A stretch of 64,000 bases of DNA from Microbotryum violaceum. Taxonomy: Eukaryota. The stretch is from NCBI GenBank assembly GCA_001244265.2, contig CDLV01000010.1, positions 248,001-312,000 on the forward strand, given 5' to 3'. Positions within the stretch are counted from its first letter, which is position 1. Every line of letters starts with the position of its first letter. The notes beneath the pieces were generated by a model. It was not told the DNA's origin. It worked only from the letters and a program-made list of their open reading frames with translations, and searched no databases. Positions 60,699 to 64,000 of the stretch are shown piece after piece. The position numbers and the translations under genes are program-made.

Positions 60699-63600
60699 CT
60701 ATGACCCCGGAATACAATGCTCCGTATCGACCCTCGAATTGCCCCACCACTCGGAGAAAGTCGACCACCCAAAAACGTAGATCATTAAAGCGTTGATGCT
60801 CGTTCCTGCGTCGAGGGCGGAGGAGAGGACGTAAACGCTAAGAAGAAAGGAGGAACGAATTTGATAAGTAATGGGACGAAGGGACTGAGGGGCATGGTCG
60901 GGGGCCATGAGGCTTACTATTTCTCGAACCATCGAGGTCGGTAGCGCAAAGCGTAGAATTGCGATGCGAACGAGACCAAGAAGCCTGCGCGTTTCCGTAC
61001 CGAATAAACCCCATCAGCAACTCTTCCCCCCCCCCCCCCCCCCCCTCCCCTCCTACCGCTGAGATCAGTGAGCTTACCAGGTAGAATGACGTTCGTCGGC
61101 ATCTGCGGCGGCGCGATCGATCCATGCAAGATGAGAGGGATCGAAATCCTCTTCCAGAACCGATTGTTGGTTCGCTTGTACAAGATCCAAGGGATGATCG
61201 GCAGGAGCGCGCCGACGAGGAAACCCTGCAGGAGAAATACAGACAGGGTTTTGAGCATCAATATCACGTTCCTGAAAGCTTAAAGAAAGGTCTAGTCTTC
61301 CACCTACCCAATACAAAGGTGAGTATTGACCCGCAAAGAATCGCCTAGGAGCAATCAAACCCCAAATAACCGAAGCGCTCTGTTCGATTGTTCCTTCGCA
61401 TCGAATGTTAAAACTCGGAAACCAGAGTAAGGATTATCTGTAGCGCGAACGGACCATGAAAATCTCAGGTTTGCGACCAGACCATTGTCCGGTTGGATCG
61501 ACGAGGGTGCCGTCTAAATAAGGCCGTTTGGAGTTGATCACACCTCGGATGACTGAAGGGTTTTTAAAATCAAGGTCAACCTACAGGACCTCTTAAGCCT
61601 TCCAAGATAGGATGTTACTTACGGGAGTAGTTAACGACCGATCCCAATGCTGTTCCGTAGACTTGGCAGATGAAGAGATGGCGCGGCGGGATCTTGCAGT
61701 ACCTGAAGCGTGGGCACGACGGATATGTTCAGTACTGGTGCCCTCTCCACCGTTCAAGGGCAGTGAGCTCACAATCCAAGTTTCATGTCCGCCGTCAAGT
61801 CGATCGATTGGACCATCGTCATGTACCTATGGAAGAAACGAACGAGGGTCAGCTCCTCCATCCCTTCCATCTCCCGGAGGATCAGTATCTCTAGTCCTCA
61901 CCCCTGATCAGATTCAAAGTGTCCGCCGAGAAGATCGCCTACATCAGTCCTCTTTCCCGATACTCTTCTCTCGCTACACTCATTGACTGACGTATACTTT
62001 AAACACGATGTTCGCGATCGGTCGTCCGGGGAAAAGGTAACCCGCTACGAACTCGGCTGTCAGATGAGGGGTGGGATCAGTCTCGGCAGCTAAAACGCGG
62101 TCCGGAAAGGGATCTGAAGGTTGCATACTGATTACGTTCAGGCCGAGAGTTGTATTCGCTGGAGTGCGATTGGGCAAAGCCTTTGGTTAGCTGAAGCGAC
62201 GACTCGTCAGGAGCAAAGCTCGAAAGCTCACTGATTGCAGCGATGATCTAATTCCCATCCATCAAACCAAGGTAAAGAAGGTTATGTCAACACCAAGCCA
62301 CCGTCAAGGCCCATAACACTCACCCCAACAGGGACCAAGAATGCCACGGCCATTAAGATGCTCAACAACAGACCCCAGACGGGTAACTGCATGGGGTAGA
62401 ACGTGATGAGTGCGATGGCAGCGAGGATCATGGAGAAGAACTGCAGAGCCAATCGATCAGGAGTCAGTTCCGCACCATGACGATACGAGTGATGAACCCA
62501 GTTCCGAAGACCGCAGTTACAACTGAGAAGTAATACCGATTTGGAATAGGATCATATGACCTCTCCAACATCTCGACATGAATATCCGCGACCGCATCCT
62601 TCCTCGTGGTGAACGCCGCCTTGATATCGTTCATATGCCAAAGCAAGACCGTCGTAATCGCCGAAGTCAAAACCGCGAAGGAGACGCCGTAACAGAGCGC
62701 AAAGTAGGGGGTAAGTAGGATGGGTTGGACCTCGGCGTAGCGCGTTTCGTTGAGCGATAGATCAGGGTTGAGGATCTCCAGGACGTCGAGACGGCCAAAG
62801 GTGGAGTTGTAAAGATGGGCGGCGAGGGGTGAGTCGAACGAACGCGCGTTCCAGAAGTTGCCAAAGTAGAGGAGAGGGGTGATGACCCACATGTTCTGTA
62901 GGGCGCAAAAGGCTCGTTCAGAGATGGTGAATGATGAGACTGGTAAAAAGCGCATTGACTCACAAAGGCAAGTCCGAAAAAGTACGAAGCTTGGGCAAAG
63001 AAGGGCGTGTAAAGCGCTCCCGTTCCGCCAATGACGGACCAATCAAGCGACTATGGTGAACAATATCAGTCCACAGCCCTTGCTTCATCCGATAAATAGA
63101 GCGAAGACAGGGACCCACGAAGCAAAGAAAACCAAAGCCATCATAGCCCGACCCAAGTGTGCGCATGATGAGACTCTGATTGTTCATGATGCACAACACC
63201 GCGATCGATGTAAGGGTTGGGAATACGAGTGCGGGCAAGAACTGCCATGAAAAGATGCCGAGAAAGCTGTGGAAACCCATGTCAGTTCGACAAGCTAATG
63301 CAGGACGAAGGCATCACCACTTACTTGTAGGTGAAGAATTTCATCCTGTCCTTGGTCTCCTTGATACTCTCCTTTGCTCCACCATGCAATGTCTCAAACA
63401 ATGTGACATAGACCAGAGTCGAGGGCCACAACATCGCTGTGGGCCTCACCAACAACCGATACGTCAACCCAGAGAAGGCGAACCCGATCAATTGCGTCGA
63501 CAGCAGGAGCAGCAAACCGCCAATCGCTCCTAGATCGGTCTTGTAGTAGAGGTCTTGGACGGAGATGATTTCACCTGCGTAGGCTGCTGAAGCTCCACTG

Positions 63601-64000
63601 CCTGCTAGTACGCCGATGAGGAGGTGTTCCTTTTTGTTGAATTCGCCGGAGGAAAGAGATTCGGGTAGTATCGAGGTCATCCAATGCCCCAGGGGGAAGG
63701 CGATGAGGATGACGAAGAAGCTCGAGAAGGAAGGCGCGTTGGATTTGAAAAAGAAGAGTTGCGAAACGGCGGCTGCGAGGTCGATTGGAGGGTCAGTTCA
63801 GTTCTGTGCCGGCGATTTAGGCCGAGCAAAAGTGCCGAGGAGTACTGACCTCCGAGGATGCAGAGTATTGTACCGAGGATAAAGACTCGGAACGTAAGCG
63901 CCGGTAATGTAGGATCATCACTCTCGGGTACGATCTGCGCAGTATTGGGTGTTAGATGAGTTGTGAATTTCTAAAGCTCATCAACGAAAAGCCTTTTCAA
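60699..64000 (-). CDS. OPT-family oligopeptide transporter, 5' end outside the window
   Basis: FNKKEHLLI, STQLIGFAFSG, PTAMLWP, WQFLP..VFP, DIHVEML, EFVAGYLFPGRPIANIVFK, WGLIAPRRFF, YVLSSALDAG, WWGN. Confidence 0.92.

Overview
Intron-rich, GC-rich basidiomycete DNA. Gene style and content suggest a Microbotryomycete such as Microbotryum; this is an inference. Most ORFs in the supplied track are exon fragments or shadow frames. About 20 spliced genes can be rebuilt by eye: eIF3h, TIM23, a TFIIIA-like zinc finger, a velvet-domain protein, dynein light chain LC8, an MFS transporter, an SDR, three tandem GPI-type CFEM genes (middle one pseudogenised), a type I Baeyer-Villiger-type flavin monooxygenase, two hypothetical proteins, SMP3/PIG-Z, a CLC channel, a divergent H4/H3 pair, a CCCH-Smr protein, an ABC half-transporter, cytochrome c1, a zf-HIT protein and a 5'-truncated OPT transporter. 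A transposon nest at about 6.3-16 kb holds a decayed Helitron containing a near full-length L1/Tx1-type LINE and a second 100-bp 3' stub of the same LINE. The best lead is that both LINE copies sit at the same position of a degenerate ~31-bp repeat, GTGACTTRATTTTT^(C/T)AGTC. That points to a sequence-specific non-LTR retrotransposon that may target the Helitron's subterminal repeats. No CRISPR array, rRNA or tRNA was recognised. Exon boundaries and some start codons are manual estimates, and no database searches were run.
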